40,015 bases of DNA from Coleofasciculus sp. B1-GNL1-01 (GCA_040220235.1 JAVJTO010000126.1), one strand, 5' to 3'; counted from the first letter of the stretch, positions 28,061 to 38,115 are shown. The notes: a model not told the origin generated them from the letters alone. Translations and numbers: made by a program.

Positions 28061-28295
28061 CGTGATACCAAATCCGGGGAATTCTATCCCCGTTATAACC
28101 TAGTCCGCGCAGGCGGACGTTGTTTGTGTAGCAGCGATTTCAATCGCCTCCTCTTGCAGGGGGTAATAAAGGCGGATTGGGTATGACTAAAATTGTGGAA
28201 TGGATTTGACCATTGAACCGGGCGCAAAGCTTTGCGCCCCTACGGTTTCTGGGTTAATGGTTAATTTATATTGCCAAGGGTGTGCCACGCCACTA
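28061..28295. mobile_element. Inverted AGTGGCGTGGCAC-family MITE with a CCAAATCCG-family MITE (28066-28183) nested in its end
   Basis: 28184-28295 matches the reverse complement of 13901-14006. The inner element reads TA-CCAAATCCG...CGGATTGGG-TA; another ATACCAAATCCG end lies at 39928. Confidence 0.7.
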
Positions 28296-28328
28296 CAATT
28301 GACGGGTTATTTTATAAGTCATAATTTA

Positions 28329-29402
28329 ATGAACAAGAATTCTCTAAAACTACTGCTCATTTCTAGTCCAGTGGGTCCCTTGGGTCCGGGATTGACAGGC
28401 GGTGTTGAATTAACGTTACGTAATGTTGCTAGCGATTTAGTCAGACGTGGACATCAAGTCACCATTGTAGCAACGCAAGGGTCCACGGGTTGGGGTATGC
28501 CTCTGGTGGAAATTAGCGGAACGGTGCAAACTAGCGCTCAAACACAAACACGAGATACACCGATTATTATTCCTCCGTCTTCAGTTTTGGCAGGGTTTTG
28601 GGATTATGCACGACAAGTACAATTCGACTATGATTTAATTGTCAATTTTGCCTATGATTGGCTGCCCTTTTATGTAACCCCGTTTTTTTCTCGTCCCGTT
28701 GCCCATTGGGTGACGATGAGTTCTATCTCCGATGCGATGGATGAGATTATCGAGAAAGTGGTAATGGCGTTTCCGGGTACAGTGGGCGTCTATTCCCAAT
28801 CCCAGGCGGCTACATTTAGATTTGGCGATCGCTGTCGGTGTTTGGGTAGTGGTATTGATTTATCATGCTATAATTTTTGTCCAGAACCAGAACCGTGGAT
28901 CGGATGGATGGGGCGAATTGCCCCAGAAAAGGGGTTAGAGGATGCAGTGGCGGCGTCTCATAAGACGGGGATTCCCCTGAAAATTATGGGAGTGCTGCAA
29001 AATCAGGACTATTGGCAACAGATTTTGCGGGATTACCCGGAAGCGCCGATTGATTATTTAGGGTTTTTCTCGACGAGTGAGTTGCAGGAACAGTTACGGC
29101 GATGTCGGGGATTATTAATGACGCCGCGTTGGGTAGAAGCCTTTGGCAATGTGGCGATAGAAGCCCTCGCCTGTGGCGTTCCTGTGATTGCTTACCGTCG
29201 CGGTGGACCGGCGGAAATTGTCGAGGAGGGGAAAACGGGGTTTTTGGTAGAACCGGATTCTGTGGCGGGATTGGTTGAGGCGATTAACGGATTGGATAGG
29301 ATTAACCGCTATACCTGTCGTCAACAAGCTGAAGCCAAATACTCGACGCAAGCGATGGGCGATCGCGTGGAGCAGTGGTTATACACTATTCACGAGAGAT
29401 GA
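28329..29402 (+). CDS. Glycosyltransferase family 4 (GT-B)
   Basis: GGVELTL, WMGRIAPEKGLEDA, EAFGNVAIEALACGVPVI, GKTGFLV. Start moved to ATG 28329 because the upstream extension is MITE sequence. Confidence 0.93.
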   Translation: MNKNSLKLLLISSPVGPLGPGLTGGVELTLRNVASDLVRRGHQVTIVATQGSTGWGMPLVEISGTVQTSAQTQTRDTPIIIPPSSVLAGFWDYARQVQFDYDLIVNFAYDWLPFYVTPFFSRPVAHWVTMSSISDAMDEIIEKVVMAFPGTVGVYSQSQAATFRFGDRCRCLGSGIDLSCYNFCPEPEPWIGWMGRIAPEKGLEDAVAASHKTGIPLKIMGVLQNQDYWQQILRDYPEAPIDYLGFFSTSELQEQLRRCRGLLMTPRWVEAFGNVAIEALACGVPVIAYRRGGPAEIVEEGKTGFLVEPDSVAGLVEAINGLDRINRYTCRQQAEAKYSTQAMGDRVEQWLYTIHER

Positions 29403-29486
29403 ACACAATCCTGTGTGTTTTCAGCCATCTGGGATTCTTCATTACAACACTTCATACAGTGCCGTTTTCTTTTGTCCGACTACTTA
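29395..29486. mobile_element. AGTAGTCGGAC-family MITE remnant
   Basis: 29456-29486 is the reverse complement of 38812-38842 (30/31 identical). Confidence 0.6.
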
Positions 29487-29560
29487 ACACCCAATTTACA
29501 GTTACCGAGTATCCACACAGCCATTATTAGGACAATTGCGCTAATTTTTTGCATCATTAA

Positions 29561-29827
29561 TTAGGGCTTGCTGTATAAATGTGTAAGGTAGACCAGGTAG
29601 GGGTTTCAAACCATTTTTCGACCCAACAAGTGCAAGGTTTTTATACTACCCCCCTCTTGTATCCTGAACTTTTCGCCGACAACAGCACCAAATTTTCCCT
29701 CGACAGAGGGGTGAAACCATTGCCCATTGCCCATTCCACACCGAGCCTGTTACCGAGCGGAGTCGAGGTAAGCCGAGGTGTTCCCTATTCCCTCTCCCCA
29801 CCACAAGACTTATTCAGCAGCCCCTAA
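29561..29827. mobile_element. Complete GGGCTTGCTG-family MITE (about 265 bp)
   Basis: TA-GGGCTTGCTGTATAA...TTATTCAGCAGCCCC-TA; internal match to 1-136; carries the ACCGAGCGGAGTCGAGGT repeat also seen at about 38900-38940. Confidence 0.8.
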
Positions 29828-32800
29828 CTAGGTAATGCGATCGCAAATTCCGTTCCTTGACCGGGAATCGACTCACAGCGCAACTCACCCCCATGGCGTT
29901 CCACGACAATCTGATAACTGATGGATAATCCTAAACCTGTTCCCTTACCTACAGGTTTGGTGGTAAAAAATGGATCAAATATACGCTGATAAACCTCGGT
30001 CGGTATTTCTGCCCCATTGTTTCCCATATATATTACCACCTTTGAACTCCCCTGATTCTCGCTATCCTTAGACCCTTCCTCACCAGGAATCACAGCCGTG
30101 CGAACCCAAAGTTTGGGTTCAAAGTCCAGGTCAGTTTCCAGTTTCTCCTCTAAGGCATCAATAGCATTACTGAGGATATTCATAAACACCTGATTAAGCT
30201 GACCGGGATAACATTTAAGCGTTGGTAGTTGATTATACTCTTTAATCACCTGAATCTGAGGACGGTGGGATTGTTCTTTGAGTCGGTGCTGTAAGAGTAA
30301 TAGGGTATTATCAATCCCGTCCTGAATATTGACCTGCTTGCACTCCGCTTCATCCAAACGCGAAAAATTGCGTAAGGATTGGACAATCTTAATGATTCGA
30401 TTCGCCCCCTCTTCCATAGAGGCTAGTAGTTTGGGGAAATCGTAGGCAATAAAATCAACATCTATAGTATCCAGTTGTTCTGCGATCGCGCTGACAGGTT
30501 CTGGGTAATGCTGTCGATAAAGCTGGACTAAGTGGAGCAGAGTTTCCGCATACTCCGTCGCTGGCTCGATATTCCCATAGATAAAACTGGTGGGATTATT
30601 AATTTCGTGGGCAATTCCTGCCACCATTTGTCCCAACGAAGACATTTTTTCGGCTTGAATCAGTTGGGTTTGAGTGCGTTTTAATTCATTGAGAGTGAAT
30701 TCTAACTCCCGTGTTTTTTGCCGCTCTCGTTCCTCCGCCTGCTTGCGCTCCGTGATATCGGTAATTGAACCAACAGCGCGGACAGGATTGCCTAACTCAT
30801 CCCAATGTGCCTGTCCCCGCACCAATACCCATTTATAACTCCCATCTTGACAGCGCATCTGATACTCTAGGGAATAATCAGGTGTTTCGCGGTTTAGATG
30901 CCGTTGAAAGGTGTCCTGAACTAAGGGGACATGATCAGGATGAATGTAACTCATCCATTTGTCAAACGTATTGATATTCTCGTAGTCATATCCGAGTATT
31001 TCCAAACACCGGGGTGATAGGAAATGTTCATGGGTAATCAGGTTATAGTCCCAAATCCCATCATTATTGCCCTTAAGCGCTAATTGCCAGCGTTCCTCAC
31101 TCTTTCTCAGCTTGATTTCTGCCCGTTTGCGCTCAGTAATATCTTGCCCAATGCCAATACTGGTGCCATCACTAAGGCGAATATTTGCCCAAGAGGTTTC
31201 CAGAATTTGACCGTTTTTAGTTCGCAGGCTGAAATCTTGCCATTTCCCGGAAGCCTTGAACATAAAATCCAAAACCTGCTGGCGATCTTTGGGATTGGGA
31301 TAACATTCAGTTAACAAATCAATCGTATCCAATTCAGCTTTAGACCACCCTAAAATTCGTTCCACTTCTCGGTTGACTAATCGAATATGACCTGTGGCAT
31401 CATAAAAACAAATCATCACCGGAATATGGTCAAAAATCTTTTGTAGAAGTTCCTTCTGATAGCGGAGTTGATCTTCGGCTTGTTTGCGTTCGGTGATATC
31501 GCGGGTAGAACCCACCATTCGCACCGGATGTCCAGCCTCATCCCACAGGGCTTGGGCGCGAGAGTGTAGCCACTTGTAGGTTCCATCCTGACAGCGTAGA
31601 CGATACTCGATCGCGTAATGGGGTATTTTTTGCGCTAGGTAATCTTGTAGACTCTGATTCACCAAGGGAATATCATCGGGATGCAGATGGTTTTGCCATC
31701 CCTGAAAATCAAGTTTAAATTGAGCGGTATCGTATTCCAGGATTTCGCGGTAGCGATCAGAAATTAAGGCTTCCCCCGTGGTGATATTCCAATCCCAAAT
31801 CCCATCCTGATTACCCTGAAGCGCTAATTGCCATCGTTCTTCACTTTCCCGCAGCGCAGCTTCAGCTTGTTTGTGAGCGCTAATATCAGTGGCGGTTCCT
31901 AAAATTTGCTCCGGCTTCCCTTCCTGGTTCCAGGTAAAGACAGTCTCCCGACTAGAAAGCCAACGCCATTCCCCATTTTTGTGTTTAATTCGATATTCTA
32001 AATCAAACACCTGGTCAGCTTGAGCGGTTTCTATGTGCTGGAAATGGTGGTGAATTCTCGGTAAATCATCAGGATGCATTAGCGTCACCAGAACATCTTC
32101 CTCCATTTGGATGATTTCTTCCGGTGTATACCCAAGAAGATTCTGGATTTTGCGATTGAAATACAGTATTTGCCGATTGATGCGGTCATAAATATACAAG
32201 ATGCTGGGATTTGCCTGAGTAATGGCACGCAGCAACCGTTGGTTTCCTTGCAGGGCTTCTTCGATGCGTTTTTGCTCGGTAATATCTTGCATTTGGGCAA
32301 GACCATACAAGGGGTTTCCCTGACCATCTCGCACCAGGGAAACGCTCAAGAGAATCCAGATACTATGTCCTTGTTTATGAATATATCGCTTTTCTAAATG
32401 GTAGTAACGAAGTTCACCGTTGAGGAGTTTATGGGCATAATCACGTTCTGCTTCTAGATCGTTGGGATGGGTAATTTCTGGACAAGTCTTGGCTAATAAT
32501 TCGGCTTCGGAATAGCCAAGAATTTCACAAAAGTAACGATTGACTTTCAGGAAATGACCATCCAAGGCAACCAACGCCATGCCACTGGCGGCGTAGTTAA
32601 ACGCCTTACGGAAACAGTCTTCACTCTCTCGCAGGGAGGCTTCTATCTGTTTGCGATCGCTAATATCCCGCGCCACCCAGACAACGGAGTGTTCTGTGAT
32701 CGGGGAAATACTGGCGCTAAACCAAACCTCTCGCCCCTGTAGCCAAAGACAGTAATCTAAAGTCAGCGTTTGTTGAGTTGCGATCGCCTGTTGAATCGTT

Positions 32801-34074
32801 TCTACCCATACTGAATCCGTTTCTGTGGGATCTCCCAACAATCGCTGGATAATCTGATCTATAAATGTATCCTCATACAGACAACTTGAAGACGTGGGAA
32901 TAACTTCGATCTCTTGAATCTGGTGATCATGAGTATCAATAACCAGGACGATATCCGTCATTGCCTCAAATACAGCCCGGATTTTGGCTTCAGAGGATTG
33001 AAATTTTGCTTGCAGTAATTCACGCTTACTAATTTCCTGTCGCAATTGCTGATTTAACTGGCGTAATTGATAGGTTTGCTGATCTAACAAATGTTCTAAT
33101 GTACCCACGGTTTGATAAATATCAATGGGATTAATCGTATTCAGGATCTGCGTCTGCGTAATTACACCTGCCAATTCTCCGGCTGTACCCGACACTACCA
33201 ACCGTCGCACGCGATGCTGCTGCATGAGTTGATGGGCTGTCCAAATCGAGTCAGTAGGTTGAATGAGTAATAGAGGGGTACTCATTACGGTGGTAACGGG
33301 GGTTTTCGCCAGATCCAATCCCAAGTTGCCAAACTGGACAATATCCCGTTCGGTGACAATACCGATTGGATGAAGCACGTTTTGCGGAATGTAGGGGCGG
33401 GTTTCACTATTATCATTTTTTTCTCGCCCTGATCGGACTAAACCCGCCCCAACCGACGGTTTGAGTGTAGAAACGTGACATGATACCTCTGAATTTTGCT
33501 GGGAAACAGGAAATTCAGCCTCCTCAACAATCACCACACAACTGACTCGCTGTGTATTCATCAGTTGTGCGAGTTCCAAAATAGAAGTTGTCCCCATGGC
33601 GTGAATCACACGGGTAGACATTACATCAGAGACTTTTTTGTGGTTAAGTAAATCAACGGGTTGGAGAACATCGCGAATCGTTTGCGGTGTGATTACACCG
33701 ATTAAGTTTCCCCTCTCTCCCACCACCGGAAGATGACGAATTTTATATTGACGCAGCCGATTAATCACGGTAACAATATCTTGAGCTTCAATTTCGGTGA
33801 TCGTCATCACTGAAGTCGTCATCACAGACGCCAGAGATAAGGTTCGCCAGTCAACACCGGAAGCAATGAGTTGCACAGTATCTCGTTCAGTAAAAATACC
33901 TACAATCGGACTGTTCGGTTGATGATTTGCTAATACAAGTAGACAACTGCTGTGAGTCTGAGTCATCCGCGCCAAAGCCTCTTCTACCGAGATATCAGGT
34001 GTCACGGTGAGAGGATAGCGATTGATCGCTAAACCATTGTTATGATTCAGTTTAAAAGCAGTAGCAATGCTCAT
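29824..34074 (-). CDS. Sensor histidine kinase with 4 CBS and multiple PAS/PAC domains
   Basis: CBS motifs (GIFTERD, IRHLPVV, GIVTERD), repeated PAC ends (DITERKQAE), HisKA (LGQMVAGIAHEINNP), HATPase (QVFMNILSNAIDA, FFTTKPVGKGTGLGLSIS). Confidence 0.95.
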   Translation of the reverse strand: MSIATAFKLNHNNGLAINRYPLTVTPDISVEEALARMTQTHSSCLLVLANHQPNSPIVGIFTERDTVQLIASGVDWRTLSLASVMTTSVMTITEIEAQDIVTVINRLRQYKIRHLPVVGERGNLIGVITPQTIRDVLQPVDLLNHKKVSDVMSTRVIHAMGTTSILELAQLMNTQRVSCVVIVEEAEFPVSQQNSEVSCHVSTLKPSVGAGLVRSGREKNDNSETRPYIPQNVLHPIGIVTERDIVQFGNLGLDLAKTPVTTVMSTPLLLIQPTDSIWTAHQLMQQHRVRRLVVSGTAGELAGVITQTQILNTINPIDIYQTVGTLEHLLDQQTYQLRQLNQQLRQEISKRELLQAKFQSSEAKIRAVFEAMTDIVLVIDTHDHQIQEIEVIPTSSSCLYEDTFIDQIIQRLLGDPTETDSVWVETIQQAIATQQTLTLDYCLWLQGREVWFSASISPITEHSVVWVARDISDRKQIEASLRESEDCFRKAFNYAASGMALVALDGHFLKVNRYFCEILGYSEAELLAKTCPEITHPNDLEAERDYAHKLLNGELRYYHLEKRYIHKQGHSIWILLSVSLVRDGQGNPLYGLAQMQDITEQKRIEEALQGNQRLLRAITQANPSILYIYDRINRQILYFNRKIQNLLGYTPEEIIQMEEDVLVTLMHPDDLPRIHHHFQHIETAQADQVFDLEYRIKHKNGEWRWLSSRETVFTWNQEGKPEQILGTATDISAHKQAEAALRESEERWQLALQGNQDGIWDWNITTGEALISDRYREILEYDTAQFKLDFQGWQNHLHPDDIPLVNQSLQDYLAQKIPHYAIEYRLRCQDGTYKWLHSRAQALWDEAGHPVRMVGSTRDITERKQAEDQLRYQKELLQKIFDHIPVMICFYDATGHIRLVNREVERILGWSKAELDTIDLLTECYPNPKDRQQVLDFMFKASGKWQDFSLRTKNGQILETSWANIRLSDGTSIGIGQDITERKRAEIKLRKSEERWQLALKGNNDGIWDYNLITHEHFLSPRCLEILGYDYENINTFDKWMSYIHPDHVPLVQDTFQRHLNRETPDYSLEYQMRCQDGSYKWVLVRGQAHWDELGNPVRAVGSITDITERKQAEERERQKTRELEFTLNELKRTQTQLIQAEKMSSLGQMVAGIAHEINNPTSFIYGNIEPATEYAETLLHLVQLYRQHYPEPVSAIAEQLDTIDVDFIAYDFPKLLASMEEGANRIIKIVQSLRNFSRLDEAECKQVNIQDGIDNTLLLLQHRLKEQSHRPQIQVIKEYNQLPTLKCYPGQLNQVFMNILSNAIDALEEKLETDLDFEPKLWVRTAVIPGEEGSKDSENQGSSKVVIYMGNNGAEIPTEVYQRIFDPFFTTKPVGKGTGLGLSISYQIVVERHGGELRCESIPGQGTEFAIALPS
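33391..33453. repeat. REP doublet inserted in frame within the histidine kinase gene
   Basis: 63 bp, near-identical to intergenic 10531-10594; encodes VGAGLVRSGREKNDNSETRPY (residues 208-228). Confidence 0.9.
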
Positions 34075-34313
34075 GGAGAAGCGCTCCTGAAGCCAACGGT
34101 TTTTATGTCTTCCTATTTAATTCAAGATTTCTAGACTTGTTTCAGGGTTTTATCTAATTTTTTCTCTCGATACTTCATACTGGCTGGCTGGGGCGATTAT
34201 TTTTCTGCGATCGCCACGAAATGACTTAGGATTAAACCTGTCAAGTCCAATGAGTAAACCTTAAGTATAGACGACTTTTGGGGATATCTGTATTTTGTGG
34301 TCAGAGAAATACT

Positions 34314-35522
34314 ATGGAACGCTTAATTTCTGCCTCGGGGCTGCTGGTATTCATTGGTTTAGGTTACGTTTTATCCGTCAATCGGCGGGCGATTCGCTGG
34401 CAACCTGTATTATGGGGTATTGCCTTGCAGTTAATTCTGGCGGTGTTAATTCTCAGGACAGCACCAGGGTTGGTTATCTTTGAGTTTTTGGGGCAGTTAG
34501 TGACTCAGTTTCTGGATTTCTCTGATGCTGGGGCAAAGTTTGTCTTGGGTGAAAATTTAGAGGAGCGCTTTCTTGCCTTTAAAGTCTTACCTACGATTAT
34601 CTTTTTCTCGTCTTTCATCACGATTCTTTATCACTATAAAATTTTGCCGCAGGTGGTTAAGGCGGTGGCTTGGGTAATGTTCAAAACCTTGAAAACATCG
34701 GGTGCAGAAACTCTGAGTGCAGCGGCAAATATCTTTGTCGGTTCAACGGAAGCCCCGCTATTAATCAAACCTTACGTATCAACAATGACGCTTTCGGAGT
34801 TACACGCCGTCATGACAGGGGGATTTGCTACTGTAGCTGGGGGAGTCTTGGCGGCTTATATTTCCTTTGGAATTCCTCCCGAACATCTCATCGCCGCTTC
34901 GGTGATGTCCGCACCAGCCGCTTTAGCTATTTCTAAACTGTTGTATCCGGAAACAGAATCCTCGAAAACCGCAGGGAAAATTACCCTGGAGGTGAAGCCG
35001 ACAACAGTGAATGGGATTGATGCGGCGGCGACAGGGGCGCTGGATGGGTTAAAATTAGCCGCCAATGTAGCAGCAATGTTGATTGCATTCTTGGGACTGT
35101 TAGCCATGGTGAACGGTATTCTGGGGTGGTTGGGTGGATTAGTGGGACTACCCCAGCTCACGCTAGAATCAATTTTAGCGATTATTTTGGCTCCCGTGGC
35201 GTGGTTGATGGGCGTTCCTTGGTCAGACTGTGGTCAGGTGGCAGTTTTGTTAGGAAAAAAGACGATTTTGAGTGAATTTATTGCTTATCTGGATCTTAAG
35301 GCATTGATTGAGCAATCCCAGCTATCAAAACGGTCAATTCTTATTGCTACTTATGCCTTGTGTGGCTTTTCCAATATTGGTTCAATTGGAATTCAACTGG
35401 GTGGAATTGGTGGAATCGCGCCGAATCGGCAACCTGATTTAGCACGATTAGGCGTGCGAGCATTAATTGGCGGAACACTCGCTTGTTTTATGACCGCTTG
35501 TATTGCTGGAATGTTACTGTAG
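34314..35522 (+). CDS. Concentrative nucleoside transporter, NupC/CNT family
   Basis: VLPTIIFFSS, SGAETLSAAANIFVG.TEAPLLIKPY, MTGGFATVAG, YALCGFSNIGSIGIQLGG. ATG 34314 is preferred. Confidence 0.93.
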   Translation: MERLISASGLLVFIGLGYVLSVNRRAIRWQPVLWGIALQLILAVLILRTAPGLVIFEFLGQLVTQFLDFSDAGAKFVLGENLEERFLAFKVLPTIIFFSSFITILYHYKILPQVVKAVAWVMFKTLKTSGAETLSAAANIFVGSTEAPLLIKPYVSTMTLSELHAVMTGGFATVAGGVLAAYISFGIPPEHLIAASVMSAPAALAISKLLYPETESSKTAGKITLEVKPTTVNGIDAAATGALDGLKLAANVAAMLIAFLGLLAMVNGILGWLGGLVGLPQLTLESILAIILAPVAWLMGVPWSDCGQVAVLLGKKTILSEFIAYLDLKALIEQSQLSKRSILIATYALCGFSNIGSIGIQLGGIGGIAPNRQPDLARLGVRALIGGTLACFMTACIAGMLL

Positions 35523-35588
35523 AAATTACTAGCATGGCACGTCTTTCCTTAAAACCCGCTCTCCCTAATAATAATTAAACAAGCCACT

Positions 35589-35720
35589 GTAGGGGCGGGT
35601 TTAGGGACAATTGTAGGGGCGGGTTTAGGGAATAAATTTAGCTAGTCACCACTAACGTAACGGAACAACAAAACCCGCCCTTGCTCACCAATAGCTGAAC
35701 AACAAAACCCGCCATCCTCA
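35589..35720. repeat. REP cluster (2x GTAGGGGCGGGTTTAGGG, 2x GAACAACAAAACCCGCC)
   Basis: Seen directly; same family as 4132-4220. Confidence 0.8.
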
Positions 35721-35750
35721 CCGATAATTGAACAAAACGATTTAACAGCT

Positions 35751-36098
35751 ATGTCTAAACGCAAATCTTCTAATTCATCCCAAAAGCGCGTAGCATACCA
35801 AGAATTTGGTAGTAATCCGGCGGCTACGGAACGTGGAGTTCAAGAACTTCCACCCAATCAGCAAAACTTACGTATTCAAGCTTCTCGCAAGGGGCGCAAG
35901 GGGAAAACCGTGACAGTGATTAGTGGTTTTCAATGTAAACCGGACACTTTAACCCAACTGCTAAAACAGCTTAAAACTAAATGTGGTAGTGGTGGTACGC
36001 TTAAAGATGATACGTTGGAAATTCAAGGGGATCATGCTCATAAATTGCTGGAAATTTTGACGCAGTTGGGGTATAGAGCCAAAATTAGTGGCGGTTAG
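35751..36098 (+). CDS. yciH: SUI1-family translation initiation factor (YciH)
   Basis: RKGRKGKTVTVISG...LKTKCGSGGTLKDDTLEIQGDH...GYRAKISGG. Confidence 0.93.
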   Translation: MSKRKSSNSSQKRVAYQEFGSNPAATERGVQELPPNQQNLRIQASRKGRKGKTVTVISGFQCKPDTLTQLLKQLKTKCGSGGTLKDDTLEIQGDHAHKLLEILTQLGYRAKISGG

Positions 36099-36138
36099 TG
36101 CCTTTTGTAGAAATGTTGCAGTCATATTTCCCTCCTCC

Positions 36139-38115
36139 TTACTGTTGATCCGTCTGCCATCGGGCGATCGCCTGCTGCGCGGCTGGGTATGAGGGAGTAT
36201 CGGGCGGAACTAAGGCGGCGGTTGTTATCGCCAGTGACAACTGACCCCGCCATGCACGAGAATTGGCGATTAGATAAATCTGGCGACTCCATTGATTAAT
36301 TAACTGTTGCGCTTGATCATAACTCGGTTGATCTGGGGGAATTTTACTTAAAGTATTAATCGCCTGATTATAAGACGAGGCTTGATTCCGTCGCAGTTGC
36401 TGTTTAGCGGCTTGAATAATCCCTTGGTTTTGCTGCTGCTGTTTCGCTTGAGTCTGCCAGGTTTTAATTGCCGACTGCGCCCGATTATAAATCGAGGGAT
36501 TGGTAGACGGAACTAATTTTGCCGCCGCGATCGCAGACGCAAAATTGCCTTGTTTCGCCCGCCCTTCGGCTAAGTCAAGAATCACCTGACTCCAGCGCTG
36601 GATATCCTGTTGCGCTTGTTGGTACAGGGGTTCACCCGGTTGAATTTTCTGGGCTTGGGCGATCGCTTGACTGAAGAGTGAGGCTTGATTGGGTTGGATT
36701 CTACCCTTAGCTTGTGCCAAAATCCGTTGGTTCGCTTCCATGGATTCCGGATCAGAGGGCGAGGGTGAGTCTAGGGGCTGTTCTTGGGGTTTATCCTCAG
36801 ACACAGGGGCAATACGCTGATTCTCCACGGGTGAGGGGGGAAGCGGTGAACCAGTGGCTTCAGGTGCAGGGCTAGTCTGATCAGCGACGGGACTTTGAGT
36901 CACTGACCCCTCCGTCTCTTCATCGGCTTTGGGTTGGGTTTCGGTGACAGGCTGGATAATCTGGGGACTTGTCCCAGTTTGACGGTTAAGAATCTTGAGA
37001 GTGATTAGCATCAGCACTAAAACCAGTAGTAGTCCACCCCCTCGCATCAGCCATTGTTTCCATGTCTGATCCTTTGGATTATCGTCCTCGGACGCCAAAT
37101 CAGGTATCTTCACCAAAGCGGTTGCTGAGTTGGAAGTTGCTGAGTTGGACTGTTCATCGACATCCTTAGGTGTTAACGAGTGCGTCGGTTGTTTGTCCGG
37201 TATGGCAACGGCATACTTGGAGACAGGGGCGGTTGCGCCATTCCCATTATCAGTAGAGGCGTCTTGATAGGCTGACTTGCCATTGTTCTGATCCCCCGAT
37301 GTTAAGGTTGAGGCTACTGGTGTCGCCGTTTTCTCTTCGACGGAAGTAGACCCAGAGATAGGCAAAATGAGTTGTTGTCGGGTTGCTTCAGAAGGAATAA
37401 TAATTAAAGGCGTCTGTATCGGTCGCCAGTGGTGTTGACTTAACTCCGGTAAGCGATCGCCTAAATACTGCTCCAAGTTTGCCAGGGTTAGATCGGTTTG
37501 ATAGTAGCGCAGGGCTTCCAGTAAGGCGGCGCTAAACAAACCATTCCGCAACGCTGTCGCTTCGTGGGAAAATTGCCCAAGCTGACTGGACATGATCAGC
37601 GTAATTCCCATCTGACGGGCTAATTCCACGGTTTCCGCACCCACCGGTTCTCCAGCTTGCAGTCCCGGCGATCGGTTAATATCCAGTAAAACCAGCAGGT
37701 TTTCATCCCCTTGAGGCTGAAGCGAACTGAAAAGCGATCGCATCGGTATCCCGGTACGGGGAATATCCTGGGGATTCCCATCAATAGGCATTAGGTAATC
37801 AGCTTGTTGCCAACAGACCCCATAACCACTGAAAAAGAACCACCGCCAAGACTTCGACGCAGACGTTTTACCATTCGTTGGGGAGGGTTGGCGAGTCGCG
37901 TCCAGCCAGCGCCAAATATTGTCTTGATTGGGATAAGTGGATTGGCGATCAATCAGAGGTGAATGGTCGGTTAAAACTAAATAATCCTGGGATGACCCAT
38001 TCCCCTGCTGCATCAGAAACTGCCACAAGGCTTGAGCATCCGCCTGTCCGTAGTTTAAGGGCGGTAAAAACTGATAGCGATTAATGCCAATTGCAACGCA
38101 AGCGTAATTTGCCAT
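36139..38115 (-). CDS. Caspase-family (peptidase C14) domain membrane protein with substituted catalytic dyad
   Basis: VAIGINRY...LNYGQADA, FFFSGYG (His>Tyr), LLDINRS (Cys>Asn), NGLFSAALLEAL, QTP; one TM; C-terminal helical repeats. Confidence 0.85.
   Translation of the reverse strand: MANYACVAIGINRYQFLPPLNYGQADAQALWQFLMQQGNGSSQDYLVLTDHSPLIDRQSTYPNQDNIWRWLDATRQPSPTNGKTSASKSWRWFFFSGYGVCWQQADYLMPIDGNPQDIPRTGIPMRSLFSSLQPQGDENLLVLLDINRSPGLQAGEPVGAETVELARQMGITLIMSSQLGQFSHEATALRNGLFSAALLEALRYYQTDLTLANLEQYLGDRLPELSQHHWRPIQTPLIIIPSEATRQQLILPISGSTSVEEKTATPVASTLTSGDQNNGKSAYQDASTDNGNGATAPVSKYAVAIPDKQPTHSLTPKDVDEQSNSATSNSATALVKIPDLASEDDNPKDQTWKQWLMRGGGLLLVLVLMLITLKILNRQTGTSPQIIQPVTETQPKADEETEGSVTQSPVADQTSPAPEATGSPLPPSPVENQRIAPVSEDKPQEQPLDSPSPSDPESMEANQRILAQAKGRIQPNQASLFSQAIAQAQKIQPGEPLYQQAQQDIQRWSQVILDLAEGRAKQGNFASAIAAAKLVPSTNPSIYNRAQSAIKTWQTQAKQQQQNQGIIQAAKQQLRRNQASSYNQAINTLSKIPPDQPSYDQAQQLINQWSRQIYLIANSRAWRGQLSLAITTAALVPPDTPSYPAAQQAIARWQTDQQ

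Noticed and set aside
28200..28328. N-terminal extension of the glycosyltransferase
   Set aside because: It is MITE/REP-derived; the same peptide (GA.LCAPTVSG) appears in the spurious ORF at 13848.
29579..29827. 82-aa ORF
   Set aside because: It lies wholly within a MITE and has no transposase motifs. The same applies to repeat-derived ORFs at 111, 10422, 17791, 23091, 23124, 38844, 39126, 39279 and 39688.
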